A stretch of 64,000 bases of DNA from Nageia nagi. Lineage: Eukaryota > Plantae > Pinophyta. The stretch covers positions 12,958,001-13,022,000 of the forward strand of contig JBITNC010000002.1 in NCBI GenBank assembly GCA_050084985.1. The letters run 5' to 3'. Under the pieces are notes generated by a model. It saw nothing but the letters and a program-made list of their open reading frames with translations. It ran no database searches and was not told where the DNA came from. Numbering within the stretch: the stretch's first letter is position 1; every line of letters starts with the position of its first letter. Below are positions 62,454-64,000 of this stretch, piece by piece. Position numbers and translations under genes: made by a program.

Positions 62454-64000
62454 TGAAGGATTTAGACTAGATCTAAACAAATCCCAAGGACCTAAGACTA
62501 GGAAACTCAATCATACACAAGATAACACAATCACACAAGATAACACAAGTGTAATGTGGTTCCTCCCTCCTTGGGAGTACATCCACAACTAGTATCTCAA
62601 TTCTCAAGTATGCCCCTCTTACAACTATACTCTTCCTCTCCTACACAACTAGTAGAGTAATCTTACTCCAAAAACTTATTTATGTTACAAGAGGAGAGGC
62701 CCTCTATTTATAGCTTGAGAGCACCTCCCTAACCTCCCTTTAACCCAAGGGTAAGGTTAGGGTTACAGTAAATGTATCACCTAACTTTAACCTACCAACT
62801 AACCACTTGGTAAAGTCAAAGTCTTCATATTAAAGAATTCAATTAATCCCTTAAGGTATCTACATACCCTTAAGTGATTAATTGAATTTACAAGGAGTTT
62901 AGATATTCACAATATTTCATTACAAATTCCCTTAATGCAATATTGGGATAGAGCATAGAAGAGAGAAGAGAGAGAGTAAGAGAGAGTTCTCCTCCATAGA
63001 GATACAAGTGGAGATGAGAACATTTACATATTTGAGAATCTTTTTGAGAACTAGTATGAGACTCACTACAATACCATTTGATAAAAATGGTTTATAATAC
63101 AATCATTAACCACAACTGGTTTCACTATACATAGTAGTCGATCAACTTTAAGCTGACATGTGAGTCTCCATGAGCTTGCTTACACAAGGTGAGTAACCTG
63201 CATTTCTGAAGAAGATCCTACATGCTATAAGCAACTCATGAACAAAATTAGTTAGATGCATCATATATTCAAATAAGAGAATCAAATAATGCCATCTTAT
63301 AAATAACTGATCAATGGTGCACTATAAGCCATCACGGAGATGCCAAGCCATCACTCATAGTCACCTGTTGTATATAGACATGTATTGATTTTTAATAGAG
63401 CATAAAAAATTGTACAACGAGTTTCTCACATAGAGCAAACTCACCACAGAGGTATAGAATGTACAACAAGTTCCTCATGTAGAGCGAACTTACCATGAAG
63501 GTATATTAATTATATGCTCAAAATTTGTACAAGTTTCTCATGCAGAGCAAACTTACCATGGAGGTATAAAATGTACAACAAGTTTGTCACGTAGAGCAAA
63601 CTTACCACTGAGGTATAAAATAATCAACACTCTATAACAATAATTGTACAACAAGTTTGTCATGCAGAGCAAACTTACCATGGAGGTATAGAATGTACAA
63701 TCAAACAGGCATCTTAGAGGTGAAGTTGTCATCACTAACAAAAGTTTAAACTTCACTCCCCCTTGAGGGCAACTTCACCAATCCTAGAGAATCCCTAAGC
63801 TTGTTGAACTGAGCTTTAGGAAGGGGCTTAGTGAACAAATCAACAGAGTTTTCAATAGATGGAAAATACTGCAAGTGTATGATGTCATATAGAACCTTCT
63901 CCCTGATAAAATGGGCTTGGATTTCTACATGTTTGGTTCTCTAATGGAATACAAGATTCTTAGCCAAAGAGATATTTGATTGATTGTCTGAAGAAATAAG
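62454..64000 (-). mobile_element. Ty1/copia element: 3' LTR and RNase H C-terminus; the rest lies beyond the window
   Basis: LTR 62454-63755 (TGAAG...CTTCA); PPT AAGGGGGAG at 63764-63756; RH KNLVFH*RTKHVEIQAHFIREKV...VDLFTKPL at 63965-63820; minus-strand TATAAATAG ~62711. Confidence 0.88.
63411..63700. repeat. About 5 copies of a ~49-bp unit in U3 of the Copia LTR
   Basis: Unit TGTACAACAAGTTT(G/C)TCATG(C/T)AGAGCAAACTTACCATGGAGGTATAGAA, with two short inserts. Confidence 0.88.

Noticed and set aside
62964-62978. AGAAGAGAGAGAG in the Copia LTR, identical to miR529 nt 1-13 (possible target site or second MIR529)
   Set aside because: Low-complexity GA tract, the 3' part does not match, and there is no star arm.

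Overview
Very AT-rich, CpG-depleted plant nuclear DNA, probably from a gymnosperm-type giant genome (inferred from the TE lineages, MIR529 and pervasive C>T/G>A decay). Most of the window is nested, decayed transposons: an L1 LINE (1-3.9 kb); a chromovirus-like Ty3/gypsy split by two LTR elements (5581-12489 and 13416-23706, the latter itself holding a TRIM-like element); and a second nest in which a long unassigned minus-strand ORF is interrupted by a hAT-type foldback element, a Copia and an Ogre/Tat element, with a gag-protease-only element and another Copia nested further in. I see no intact protein-coding host gene. The only CpG-retaining island (about 24.8-28.4 kb) contains a well-formed MIR529-family hairpin with a TATA box and a splice donor. 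The most interesting items are: (i) a pol-less LTR element carrying gag plus an antisense, intron-containing Plant Mobile Domain (MAIN/MAIL-like) gene; (ii) a second pol-less element sharing its PPT and LTR start; (iii) the MIR529 variant with clustered GTAC sites; (iv) the unassigned ~3 kb accessory ORF. All coordinates and alignments were read by eye. Pseudogene boundaries are approximate.
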